DNA from: Flavobacteriales bacterium
GTDB taxonomy: Bacteria; Bacteroidota; Bacteroidia; Flavobacteriales_F; PHOS-HE28
NCBI GenBank assembly: GCA_044344815.1
Contig: JBIJCH010000001.1
Location: 1 to 32,040, forward strand
Direction: 5' to 3'
Length of the DNA stretch: 32,040 bases
Shown here in pieces: positions 23,167 through 31,268 of the stretch. Under the pieces are notes generated by a model. That model worked only from the letters and a program-made list of their open reading frames with translations. It made no database searches and was not told the origin of the DNA. How positions within the stretch are numbered: the first letter of the stretch is position 1; each line of letters starts with the position of its first letter. Both the position numbers and the translations under genes were made by a program.

Positions 23167-25212
23167 TCCGGCCTTTCCGAACACGGGCCGCAGCCTGCGT
23201 TCCCGGCCCGGCTCCACCGTGAGCACAGGGTCGTGTGCATCATCCACGCCCCAGCCGAGGAAGACCATGCCTGGCGCCGGCACGGCCGTGAACCTCATGG
23301 GTATGCCGGCCACCAAGGTCGCCCGCGTCCGTCCTGCGGCCATGGCCAGTTCTTCCACGCTGATGGTGCCCTGCGAGGCGGCAGGCACCTCGATGGTGAG
23401 CGCTGTGGTCGGTCGATGCAGCTGCCTGGCGAGCATGTGGACGAGGTTCGTGGGACGGGCCCGTGCATGCATGCGCAGTCCGGCGGTGGTCTCCTCCGGC
23501 GAAGGCCGTGGCATCTCCGTCCGCCACCGCTCCGCGTCCTGGCGCAGCATGTCCGCGTACCGGTCGTGCAGGCTGTCGATGAGCATCTCAGCGCTCGCCG
23601 GGGACAGTACCGTGAGCATCAGGGCCTCCAGCCGTGCCACGAACCGTTCGGTGAGCGCATCGCCCTGGAGGAGCCGGGGCAGGTAGGGGGCCTCCAGGGT
23701 GGAGGCCGTGCACATCCGCTCGATGCTGTTCTCCTCCGGGGGTGCCCACAGGTCCATGTCGAACACCATCCAGCGCCATCGGCCACCCGGCGTCCGGGGG
23801 CGCCAGCAGCGCACGTTGAGGTCGTGGTCGGCCCTGCCGGTGTAGGCATCGAGACAGGCCAGGTCGATCAAGCTGCCGGTATCGATCAGGCTGTCGAGCA
23901 CCGCCCAAGGCGCGCCCTCGGCCAGCGCCTTCAGGCTCCGGTCCAGGTGCCCGCGGTCGCCGCGCAGCATCGTCCCTCCCGGGCCATCGGCGAGGTCGAT
24001 GTCGGCCGTGCCATGCAGGGTGCGCACCCATGCACCGTTCTTGGGGGGCAGGATGCGGTAAAGGCCCTGGTCCCGACCGTTGAGGAGGAGCCGGCACGGC
24101 AGGCTTCGCGGGGCATCGACCCGCAGGCCGGCCCGCTGCACCACGGCCTCCACGAAGGTATTGCGCAGGAACGCATGGGGCGTGGCATCGGCACGGAGCA
24201 TCACCTCGTTCCACGCGCCGAGCCCGCGGAGCGCAATGGGCTCATCCCCACCGAAGCGGTCGCGCGCATTCAGCTTGAAGGACCGTTTGGGCGCGCTGCG
24301 GGTGCCGCTGCCGGCCACCGCCAGCCCGAGGGGGCGAACGGTGCGTGCGTCCTTGAGCCCAAACTCCACGAGGCAGGGTGCGATGCGGTCGCCCTGTGCG
24401 TAATTGGCATGGGTGCTGTCTCCGATGATGCCCCTTTCCGGGTCCCACAGGTCCGCCGGGTCGGCGGCGACCGAGATCCATGCCGATGCGGGAGGGTCCA
24501 CGGTGTGAAGGACCTCCGCGCTGGGCAGGGCGTCGGGTGCGGAGGCACGGAGCCGCAGGGCGATCGGCCCATCCATCACCGGGAGGGTGCTGAACGCCGG
24601 GCCATCGCCGGGAACGGGCGTGCCATCGATGGTGTATCGCACCACGGTGCCACCATCGGCCGGCACGTGCACCGCACCCTCCCGTTCGAGCACGGTGGGG
24701 GCGGCGAGCACACGACGCGCCCTGGCTTCGGCGGGGTTGGCGGAGCCCGGTGAGGCCTGCTCGAAGAGCCCCCAGGTGGCGGCGCCATCGGGGCAGCGCC
24801 CCATCGCCGCATCGGCGGGAAGGGATGGCCAGGTGAACAGGTCGAGCACGGTCGCGCCATCGGGGGCGATCAGCAGCAGGGTGCCGCCGGCCCGGGGGAG
24901 CCGCATCGGCACATGCGTGGGACCTTCGTTGGAGCGCCCATCGAACCAAAGGAGCTGGTGGCCCTGAGGCGGCACAGGCAGCGGCCCATTGATGCGGTGA
25001 TGATGGAGGCCGGTGGACAGGACATGGCCGGCCAGGTCGACGGGCGCGGAGCCGCTGTTGTACAGCTCTACCCAGTCGGGGTGCCCACCGCCCTGGCCGG
25101 TCACGGTGCGCTGGTTGGCAGGCTGCACCTCGTTGATGCGCAAGGCCTGGGCCCCTGCCATCACTGGAAGGAACGCGAGGAAGCGGACCAGAAGAGCGGC
25201 TCGGAGATGCAC
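23140..25212 (-). CDS. Secreted lamin-tail-domain (LTD) plus CotH-family protein
   Basis: LTD: LRINEVQPAN...HPDWVELYNSGSAPVDLAGHVLS. CotH-like: FKLNARDRFG, AFLRNTFVEAVVQRAGL, LLLNGRDQGLYRILP, WRWMVFDMDLW. The start is ambiguous. GTG 25212 gives the signal peptide HLRAALLVRFLAFLPVMAGAQA. The track start ATG 25272 would overlap the divergent gene's ATG by 2 nt. Confidence 0.7.
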   Translation of the reverse strand: MHLRAALLVRFLAFLPVMAGAQALRINEVQPANQRTVTGQGGGHPDWVELYNSGSAPVDLAGHVLSTGLHHHRINGPLPVPPQGHQLLWFDGRSNEGPTHVPMRLPRAGGTLLLIAPDGATVLDLFTWPSLPADAAMGRCPDGAATWGLFEQASPGSANPAEARARRVLAAPTVLEREGAVHVPADGGTVVRYTIDGTPVPGDGPAFSTLPVMDGPIALRLRASAPDALPSAEVLHTVDPPASAWISVAADPADLWDPERGIIGDSTHANYAQGDRIAPCLVEFGLKDARTVRPLGLAVAGSGTRSAPKRSFKLNARDRFGGDEPIALRGLGAWNEVMLRADATPHAFLRNTFVEAVVQRAGLRVDAPRSLPCRLLLNGRDQGLYRILPPKNGAWVRTLHGTADIDLADGPGGTMLRGDRGHLDRSLKALAEGAPWAVLDSLIDTGSLIDLACLDAYTGRADHDLNVRCWRPRTPGGRWRWMVFDMDLWAPPEENSIERMCTASTLEAPYLPRLLQGDALTERFVARLEALMLTVLSPASAEMLIDSLHDRYADMLRQDAERWRTEMPRPSPEETTAGLRMHARARPTNLVHMLARQLHRPTTALTIEVPAASQGTISVEELAMAAGRTRATLVAGIPMRFTAVPAPGMVFLGWGVDDAHDPVLTVEPGRERRLRPVFGKAGSGDDGLQQ

Positions 25213-25242
25213 GGGCTGTGGTGTGGGCGTCGATCGACCGCC

Positions 25243-25250
25243 TAATTTTA
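25243..25250 (+). promoter_or_regulatory. Candidate -7 box TAATTTTA upstream of the T9SS type-A cargo gene
   Basis: 20 nt upstream of ATG 25271. Its complement TAAAATTA faces the divergent CotH gene. Confidence 0.35.
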
Positions 25251-25270
25251 CGGACACGCACTGAACCACC

Positions 25271-26656
25271 ATGATCCGACACTACGCCTGTTCGTTCGCT
25301 CTGATGATCTCGCTGTCCGCAGCGGCGCAGACCATCTCCAGCGTCACCACCTCGCCCTCGGTGCTCACCGAGTGCACCCTGATCACGTTCACGATCAACG
25401 GCCAGCTCCCGGGTGGGATCTCGCCCACGAGCTTCGTTCCGGGGCCGCAGCAGGGCAACAACTTCCCGATCACGATCAATACGGGGAGCATGCCGCCGGG
25501 AGGGGCCTACAGCGTGCCCATCAACCTGGGGCCCTACCCGGCGGGCAGCTACACGTTCACCTTCTCGCTCGTGTTCCAGGGCAACGTGGTGGACACCGAG
25601 GTGATCTCGCGCACCATCAACCCGGGAACGAACCCCGATCCGGGCCAGTACGCCGAGATCGAGGCCTGCACCTCGGACCCGACGGTGCCGCTCATCTCCC
25701 TGCTCGGCGGCACCCCCGATCCCGGCGGCGTGTGGACCGACCCCTTGAACAACGTGGTGGCCAACGGCAACTTCGATCCGGGTGTCTCACCGGCCGGCTT
25801 CTACACCTACACCTTCAACGTGCTGCCGCCCTGCATCTCGGCCGCGCAGCAGCTGCTCATCACCTACCTGCCGAACAACGACCCGGGCACCCCGGGTTCC
25901 GTGCAGGTATGCGCCGCCGGTGGCGGCCCCTCCATCGACCTGTTCAGCTACCTGGGCGGCACGCCCATGATGAACGGTACCTGGACGAAGCCGGGCGGAG
26001 GGGCGCATTCGGGCACCTATGTGCCGGGTGTGGACCCGGTGGGCGTGTATACCTACTCGGTACCCGGCATCGCACCGTGCGGCCCGGCCACCGCCACGGT
26101 AACGGTGCAGGCCGTGCAGCCGCCCAACGCCGGTACGGGATCCTCGGCGCAGGTGTGTTACAATGACGAGACCGTGCAGCTCAACCAGTACATCACGGGC
26201 AGCCCGCAAACGGTGGGCATCTGGTTCGACCCGTCCAACTTCACCGTCGGCCCGTGGAACTCGGTGATCAGCGCGCTGATCTCCGACCCCGGCACCTACA
26301 AGTACGTGGTGTACGCCAACATCTGCCCGAACGACACGGCCTTCGTGGAGCTGAGCTACCTGCCGCCGCCCTGCACGCCGGGGTTCGAGGAGCTGGAGGG
26401 GGATGTGCTCCGCTTCGATCTGATGCCGAACCCCACGGACGGTGCGCTGGCGCTTGAGCTGGAGATGACCAGCACGGGTGGCCGCGTACAGGTGGATGTG
26501 CTGAACGTGAACGGCCAGGTGGTGCGCACCGAGGCGCTGCAGGCCGCGAGCTTCCTGCGGCACGACATGGACCTGGGCGGCCTGGCCTCCGGGCTGTACA
26601 CGGTGCGCCTCACCACGCAGGAGGGCCGTGCGATGCGCCGCCTGGTGGTGCGCTGA
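25271..26656 (+). CDS. Secreted T9SS cargo protein: signal peptide, Ig-like N-domain, three Cys-bracketed repeats, type-A C-terminal sorting domain
   Basis: MIRHYACSFALMISLSAAAQ. Repeats carry LLGGTPDPGGVWTDP, YLGGTPMMNGTWTKP and ITGSPQTVGIWFDP. The C-terminus LMPNPTDGALALEL...VDVLNVNGQVV...DLGGLASGLYTVRLTTQEG..RRLVV fits Por_Secre_tail. Confidence 0.85.
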   Translation: MIRHYACSFALMISLSAAAQTISSVTTSPSVLTECTLITFTINGQLPGGISPTSFVPGPQQGNNFPITINTGSMPPGGAYSVPINLGPYPAGSYTFTFSLVFQGNVVDTEVISRTINPGTNPDPGQYAEIEACTSDPTVPLISLLGGTPDPGGVWTDPLNNVVANGNFDPGVSPAGFYTYTFNVLPPCISAAQQLLITYLPNNDPGTPGSVQVCAAGGGPSIDLFSYLGGTPMMNGTWTKPGGGAHSGTYVPGVDPVGVYTYSVPGIAPCGPATATVTVQAVQPPNAGTGSSAQVCYNDETVQLNQYITGSPQTVGIWFDPSNFTVGPWNSVISALISDPGTYKYVVYANICPNDTAFVELSYLPPPCTPGFEELEGDVLRFDLMPNPTDGALALELEMTSTGGRVQVDVLNVNGQVVRTEALQAASFLRHDMDLGGLASGLYTVRLTTQEGRAMRRLVVR

Positions 26657-26671
26657 GCGGCGAACACCCGG

Positions 26672-26710
26672 GCGAACGGCCCCACCGGCACCGCCGGCGG
26701 GGCCGTTCGC
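26672..26710. terminator. Strong GC hairpin (perfect 12-bp stem, 15-nt loop) between two convergent genes; candidate bidirectional terminator
   Basis: GCGAACGGCCCC accggcaccgccggc GGGGCCGTTCGC. Starts 15 nt after stop 26656 on the plus strand and ends 2 nt from stop 26713 on the minus strand. Confidence 0.6.
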
Positions 26711-26712
26711 GT

Positions 26713-26862
26713 TCACAGGGCGTTCCGCGTGACCCAGTAACGGTAGGCCACGATGGCCTTCTGCAGGGGCGTGAGCCGCTGCAGGTCCTTGTTCCAGAGC
26801 TTGGGCAGCAACCGCCGGTTGCATGCGGCCAGCAGTCGGAAGAGCGGCTTGCGGAGGGACAT
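26713..26862 (-). CDS. Unlisted small ORF (49 aa, basic) immediately downstream of the CDF transporter gene
   Basis: Hand translation: MSLRKPLFRLLAACNRRLLPKLWNKDLQRLTPLQKAIVAYRYWVTRNAL*. 45 of 48 third positions after the ATG are G/C, like neighbouring genes. ATG lies 3 nt after the CDF stop and the hairpin terminator 2 nt after its own stop. Below the length cutoff of the ORF track. Confidence 0.5.
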   Translation of the reverse strand: MSLRKPLFRLLAACNRRLLPKLWNKDLQRLTPLQKAIVAYRYWVTRNAL

Positions 26863-26865
26863 GGC

Positions 26866-27765
26866 TCAGTGGTGGATCAGTTCACAGGCCTCGCCGGGCC
26901 GTTCGATCTCGATGGTGGCGTGGTGGATGCCCAGCCCGTGAAGCGCGGTGCGCGCAAGGGCCTTCACCCGGAGGAGCGCCTCGGCATCACCGCCATCCAC
27001 CACCAGGTGCACCGTGAGCACCGTGTTGGTCCCGTCGAGGCTCCAGGCATGCTGGTCGTGCACACCGCGCACCCCGGGGACAGCGAGGAGCGCATCGCGC
27101 ACGGTGCCGGCGTCCATCTGCTCGGGTTCGCGTTGCATGAGGATGGCCGTCCCCTGGCGCAACGTGCGCACGGCGTTCACCAGGATGAAGAGGGCGATGC
27201 CCATGGACAGCAGGGGGTCCACCACGGCCCATCCGGTGTAGCGGATCACCACGGCGCCCACCAGCACGGCGGCCCAGCCCAGCACGTCCTCCAGCAGGTG
27301 CAGGTAGGCTCCCCGTTCGTTCAGGGAGCGACCGTGATGGAGCTTCCATGCGGCCAGGGCGTTCATGGCAAGGCCGAAGACCGCGATCGCGAGCATGGGT
27401 CCGGTGCGCGGCATCACGGGGTCGAGCATGCGCGGTGCGGTGGCGATGATGAGGCCCACGGCGCCTGCGATCAGCACCCAGGCGGCCAGCCAGCCGCCGA
27501 GCATCGCGTACCGGCCATACCCATAGCTGTAGGCCGCATCGCGACCCCGCTGGGAGAGCCGTTGCAGGTACCAGGCCAGTCCGAGCACCAGGCAGTCGCC
27601 CAGATCGTGCAGGGCATCACCCATCACCGCCATGCTCCCGCTCCACCAGCCGCCGGCCGCCTCCACCACGGTGAACGCCGCGTTCAGCAGGAACGCCATG
27701 CCGAGCGCGGCGGTGGCCTGCGGGGCATGCCCGTGCCCATGGTGATGCGCGTGCGCATGGCCCAT
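26866..27765 (-). CDS. Cation diffusion facilitator (CDF) family divalent-metal efflux transporter (CzcD/ZitB-like)
   Basis: The ORF track lists 26866-28320. ATG 27765 gives the His-rich MGHAHAHHHGHGHAPQ. Also DALHDLGD, YLHLLEDVLGW, C-terminal VHDQHAWSLDG...HATIEIE (299 aa). Confidence 0.9.
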   Translation of the reverse strand: MGHAHAHHHGHGHAPQATAALGMAFLLNAAFTVVEAAGGWWSGSMAVMGDALHDLGDCLVLGLAWYLQRLSQRGRDAAYSYGYGRYAMLGGWLAAWVLIAGAVGLIIATAPRMLDPVMPRTGPMLAIAVFGLAMNALAAWKLHHGRSLNERGAYLHLLEDVLGWAAVLVGAVVIRYTGWAVVDPLLSMGIALFILVNAVRTLRQGTAILMQREPEQMDAGTVRDALLAVPGVRGVHDQHAWSLDGTNTVLTVHLVVDGGDAEALLRVKALARTALHGLGIHHATIEIERPGEACELIHH

Positions 27766-27766
27766 C

Positions 27767-27807
27767 GCGACGAATGTAGCGTGGGGGGCGCTGGTTACTT
27801 TCGTCGC
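27767..27807. promoter_or_regulatory. Mirror-symmetric divergent promoter: 12-nt inverted repeat GCGACGAATGTA / TACTTTCGTCGC, each arm holding a -7-like box next to a start codon
   Basis: Minus strand reads TACATTCGTCGC-G-ATG (CDF gene). Plus strand reads TACTTTCGTCGC-ATG (27808 gene). The arms match at 11 of 12 positions. Confidence 0.4.
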
Positions 27808-28266
27808 ATGGAACAGAACACCTCCACCGCCAGGTCGCTGGGCTCGAGCCTCAAGCGCGGGCTTCGCAATTTCATCCTCATCGTGCTGGGCGTGTTCGTC
27901 GCCGTGATGCTCTTCCTCTACTATGGGAGTTACAGCGAGGGGGTGCGTTCGGGCGTGGTGATCAAGGTGAGCAAGCGCGGCATGCTCTTCAAGACCTGGG
28001 AGGGCCAGTTGAACCTGCAGAGCTTCGGCGCCGTGGACGCCCAGGGCAATGCCATGAACGAGGTGTTCAGCTTCAGCGTGGAGGGCGGGCAGGACAGCCT
28101 GCTGCGGGCGCTGGAATCCGTCTCCCTGAGCGGGGAGCGCGTGAACCTGCACTATGTGGAGCGCTACGCCAGGCTTCCCTGGCGCGGTGAGACCACCTAT
28201 TTCGTGACGCGCATCGAACGCAGCGGCAAGGCGGTCGACCTGGGTCGTTCCCCCTACGCGCACTGA
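27808..28266 (+). CDS. Small single-pass membrane protein of unknown function
   Basis: The ORF track lists 26869-28266. ATG 27808 gives MEQNTSTARSLGSSLKRGLRNFILIVLGVFVAVMLFLYYGSYSEGVRSGVVIKVSKRGMLFKTWEGQLNL... (152 aa): one TM helix, then a soluble domain. Confidence 0.65.
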   Translation: MEQNTSTARSLGSSLKRGLRNFILIVLGVFVAVMLFLYYGSYSEGVRSGVVIKVSKRGMLFKTWEGQLNLQSFGAVDAQGNAMNEVFSFSVEGGQDSLLRALESVSLSGERVNLHYVERYARLPWRGETTYFVTRIERSGKAVDLGRSPYAH

Positions 28267-28279
28267 TCGCGAGCAGGCC

Positions 28280-29284
28280 TTGGACACCAGCATCCTGCTC
28301 TCCAACCTCACGAACCCCACGCTGCTCTACTTCCTGCTGGGGGTGGTGGCCGTGCTGGTGCGCAGCGACCTGCGCGTGCCCGAGAGCACCTCCCGGTTCC
28401 TCAGCCTGTACCTGTTGTTCAGCATCGGCTTCAAGGGTGGCCAGGAGCTGGCGCATTCGGGCTTCACCCCGGTGATCGGCTGGACCCTGCTGCTGGCCGT
28501 GGCGCTCGCGTGTGCGGTACCGCTGGCCGCTTTCCTGGTCCTGCGCCGCACCATGAGCGTGCATGATGCGGGGGCGGTGGCCGCGACCTATGGTTCGGTG
28601 AGCGCCGTCACCTTCATCACGGCATCGGGTTTTCTCGAGGCCCAGGAGGTGCATTACGGGGGGCACATGGTGGCGGCCATGGCCCTCATGGAGGCGCCCG
28701 CGATCATCATCGGTGTGATGCTCATCCGTTGGAGCGAGCCGGACGCGGGCCCGGTGATCGGTTCCGAGGGCGGGCCGGGTGAAGCGCCCGAGGCGCACGG
28801 GCTGCTGGGCATCGTGCGCGAGGCCCTCACCAACGGCAGCGTGCTGATGATCGTGGGCTCGCTGGTGATCGGGCTGGTGGCCGACACGCGGCAGGCGGAG
28901 GGTATCAAGCCGTTCACCAGCGACATCTTCAAGGGCTTCCTGGCGGTGTTCCTGCTGGAGATGGGCATGCTCGCGGCGGGGCGTTTCAAGGCCTTCCTGC
29001 GGCAGGGGTGGAGCGCCACGGTGTTCGCGCTGCTGGCGCCCCCGCTGGCCGGAACGGTCGCGGTGCTGGCCTCCGCACTGGTGCCGGGCATGGAGCAGGG
29101 TGACCGGTTCCTGCTGGCGATCCTCGCGGCCAGCGCCAGCTACATCGCCGTGCCGGCGGCCCTGCGGCTGGCCGTTCCCAAGGCCGATCCCGGCCTCTAC
29201 ATCCCCATGGCCCTCGGGGTCACCTTCCCGTTCAACATCACGGTGGGCATCCCCCTTTACTGGTGGCTGGTGAACACGCTGTGA
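28280..29284 (+). CDS. SbtA-like (sodium-dependent bicarbonate transporter family, DUF897) permease
   Basis: 334 aa from a TTG start; no in-frame ATG lies nearby. LLYFLLGVVAVLVRSDLRVPE, LLFSIGFKGG, GSVSAVTF, ASASYIAVPAALRLAVPKADPGLY resemble the Sbt_1 family. Confidence 0.7.
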   Translation: MDTSILLSNLTNPTLLYFLLGVVAVLVRSDLRVPESTSRFLSLYLLFSIGFKGGQELAHSGFTPVIGWTLLLAVALACAVPLAAFLVLRRTMSVHDAGAVAATYGSVSAVTFITASGFLEAQEVHYGGHMVAAMALMEAPAIIIGVMLIRWSEPDAGPVIGSEGGPGEAPEAHGLLGIVREALTNGSVLMIVGSLVIGLVADTRQAEGIKPFTSDIFKGFLAVFLLEMGMLAAGRFKAFLRQGWSATVFALLAPPLAGTVAVLASALVPGMEQGDRFLLAILAASASYIAVPAALRLAVPKADPGLYIPMALGVTFPFNITVGIPLYWWLVNTL

Positions 29285-29291
29285 GCGGGAC

Positions 29292-31247
29292 TCAGCCCAC
29301 CACCACGCGCCCGGTATCCTTCGCCAGCATCTTCTTCAGGTCGGTGAGCCGCAGGATCTCGGCGATCACCAGTGCCAGGTCCTCGTCGGTGGCGCATTCC
29401 TTCAGTCGCTCCTGTTGCTCGCGGAGCATGCGGTCCACGCGGCGTTCCTTCAGCAGGGTGAGGCCCTCGAGCACGGCATCGAGCAGGCGCTCCCGCTCGT
29501 GCGGCACATGGATCTTGTGGCGCTGGGTCCAGTTGGCGCTCAGCAGGTGCTTCTCGGTGAGCAGGTCGATGGAGGAGTTGCGCCAGTCCTCGTTTTCGTG
29601 CGCGGCATAATGCTGTGCATCAAGGCCCAGGTTCAGGTGCGCTCCACGCTTGTAGTCCTGGTAGATGGCGTTGAGCACCGCATCGTCGAAAGTGATGCCG
29701 TCGGTCGCCAGCTCCTGCGTGATGAGCTTCGCCACGGTGGTCTCCTCATCGGTCGAATTGCCTGTCGCCATGTCCTGCATGGGCACCACCACGATCTCCT
29801 GGCCGTACAGCAGCAGCATGCGCAGCAGGTCGCGTTCCTGGGGCTTCGTGCCCAGGTCCTCCACCTCGGGCTGGGGTGCGGCGACCTCGGGGGCGAGCAC
29901 CTCCTCGGGCAGGTCCTGGTCGCCGCCGAGCTTCTTGCGCAGGGCCCGGCGCAGCACCTTGTTGAGCTCGCTGATGAGGGCCTGCTCGTTCACCTGCAGC
30001 AGGCGTGCGCATTGCTGCATGTACAGGGAGCGCAGCACATGGTCGGGCACCAGCGCGATGCTCTCCACGATCTCGTGGATGTGGGCGGCCTTGCGCACGG
30101 GGTCGTCACCCGCATCGGCCATCAGCAGGCCCGCCTTGAAGACGAGGAAGTCCTTGGCGTTGTCGCGGATGAAGGCCGCGAGCTCGCCGCTGGGGCGGCT
30201 GCGTGCGAAGCTGTCGGGGTCCTCTCCGTCGGGGAAGAGCACCACCTTCACGTTGAGCCCCTCCTTCAGGATGAGGTCGATGCCGCGCAGGCTGGCCTTG
30301 ATGCCCGCGCTGTCGCCGTCGTACAGGATGGTGACCCCGGGCGCGTACCGCTTGATGAGCCGCACCTGCTCCTCGGTGAGGCTGGTGCCGCTGCTGGCCA
30401 CCACGTTGGCGATGCCCGCCTGGTGCAGGCTGATCACGTCCGTGTACCCCTCCACCAGGCAGCAGGTGCCCTGCTCCACGATCGCCTTCTTGGCGAAGTG
30501 GATGCCGTAGAGGGAGCGGCTCTTGTTGTAGAGCACGCTCTCGGGGCTGTTGAAGTACTTGGGCAGCTTCTTGTCGCTTCGCAGCGTGCGGGCCCCGAAG
30601 GCGATGGGCTGTCCGCTGAGCCCGTGCACGGGGAAGGTGACACGCCCCTGGAAGAAGTCCCACGGGGTGCCGTCCTCGCGGCGCTTGATCCAGCCGGCCT
30701 TCTCCAGCAGGTCGGGGTTGAAGCCGTTGGCGATGGCGGCCGTGGCGAAGGCATCGCCCTTCTCGGGCACGTAGCCCAGCTGGAAGGTGCGGATGGTGGC
30801 CTCGGTGAACCCGCGCTCCTTGAAGTAGGCCAGGCCGATGCGTCGCCCCTCGTCGGTGTTCCAGAGCTGGTCGACGCTCCAGTTCAGCGCCCATTGCTGG
30901 ATCACCGAGAGGCTTTCGCGTTCGCTCTGCTCCAGCTGTTGCTCGGGGGTCTGCTCCTCCTCCTCGATATCCACCTGGTAGCGCTTGGCCAGCCAGCGGA
31001 TGGCCTCGGGATAGGTGAGGTGCTCGTGCTTGGTGAGGAAGCTGATGGCATCACCGCTCTCCCCGCATCCGAAGCACTTGTAGATGCCCAGATTGGGGCT
31101 CACATTGAAGGAGGGCGTCTTCTCGTTGTGGAAGGGGCACAGGCCCAGGTACCGCGGCCCCTTGCGCTTGAGCGCCACGAAGTCGCCCAGCACCTCTTCG
31201 ATGCGGACGGCGTCCTTCACCTTCTGGATGCTCGCGGGGGTGATCAC
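29292..31247 (-). CDS. dnaG: DNA primase
   Basis: GTG start. MITPASIQKVKDAVRIEEVLGDFVALKRKGPRYLGLCPFHNEKTPSFNVSPNLGIYKCFGCGESGDAISFL (zinc ribbon). TOPRIM: LVEGYTDVISL, LYDGDSAG (651 aa). Confidence 0.95.
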   Translation of the reverse strand: MITPASIQKVKDAVRIEEVLGDFVALKRKGPRYLGLCPFHNEKTPSFNVSPNLGIYKCFGCGESGDAISFLTKHEHLTYPEAIRWLAKRYQVDIEEEEQTPEQQLEQSERESLSVIQQWALNWSVDQLWNTDEGRRIGLAYFKERGFTEATIRTFQLGYVPEKGDAFATAAIANGFNPDLLEKAGWIKRREDGTPWDFFQGRVTFPVHGLSGQPIAFGARTLRSDKKLPKYFNSPESVLYNKSRSLYGIHFAKKAIVEQGTCCLVEGYTDVISLHQAGIANVVASSGTSLTEEQVRLIKRYAPGVTILYDGDSAGIKASLRGIDLILKEGLNVKVVLFPDGEDPDSFARSRPSGELAAFIRDNAKDFLVFKAGLLMADAGDDPVRKAAHIHEIVESIALVPDHVLRSLYMQQCARLLQVNEQALISELNKVLRRALRKKLGGDQDLPEEVLAPEVAAPQPEVEDLGTKPQERDLLRMLLLYGQEIVVVPMQDMATGNSTDEETTVAKLITQELATDGITFDDAVLNAIYQDYKRGAHLNLGLDAQHYAAHENEDWRNSSIDLLTEKHLLSANWTQRHKIHVPHERERLLDAVLEGLTLLKERRVDRMLREQQERLKECATDEDLALVIAEILRLTDLKKMLAKDTGRVVVG

Positions 31248-31268
31248 GGGAGAGCGGCGCTTGCGCGG

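Noticed and set aside
27766-27807. A possible fifth ECF promoter on the minus strand (AGTAAC ... CGTC upstream of the CDF gene)
   Set aside because: The spacer between GTAAC and CGTC is 21 nt, outside the 16-17 nt seen at the four convincing sites. The sequence is better explained as the inverted-repeat -7 box arrangement.
4582-28320. N-terminal extensions of true genes as listed in the track (starts at 4582, 8957, 10545, 10621, 12443, 12845, 13312, 13974, 17346, 19061, 19791, 21524, 25272, 28320)
   Set aside because: In each case an internal start gives a canonical family N-terminus or a clean signal peptide. The extension is low-complexity and overlaps promoter elements or the neighbouring gene.
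28280-29284. The SbtA-like permease as evidence of a carbon-concentrating mechanism
   Set aside because: No sbtB, carboxysome, RuBisCO or carbonic anhydrase genes are in the window, and the genomic context looks like heterotrophic Bacteroidota. Only the family resemblance is supported.
15363-29291. Very tight or overlapping convergent gene ends without terminators (yebC-family/kinase 6-nt gap at 15363-15368; purD/small membrane gene 18-nt gap; purQ/CotH 27-nt overlap; SbtA-like/dnaG 7-nt gap) as deliberate antisense regulation
   Set aside because: Compact convergent ends are common in GC-rich bacterial genomes. Without transcript data there is no specific signal beyond the spacing itself.
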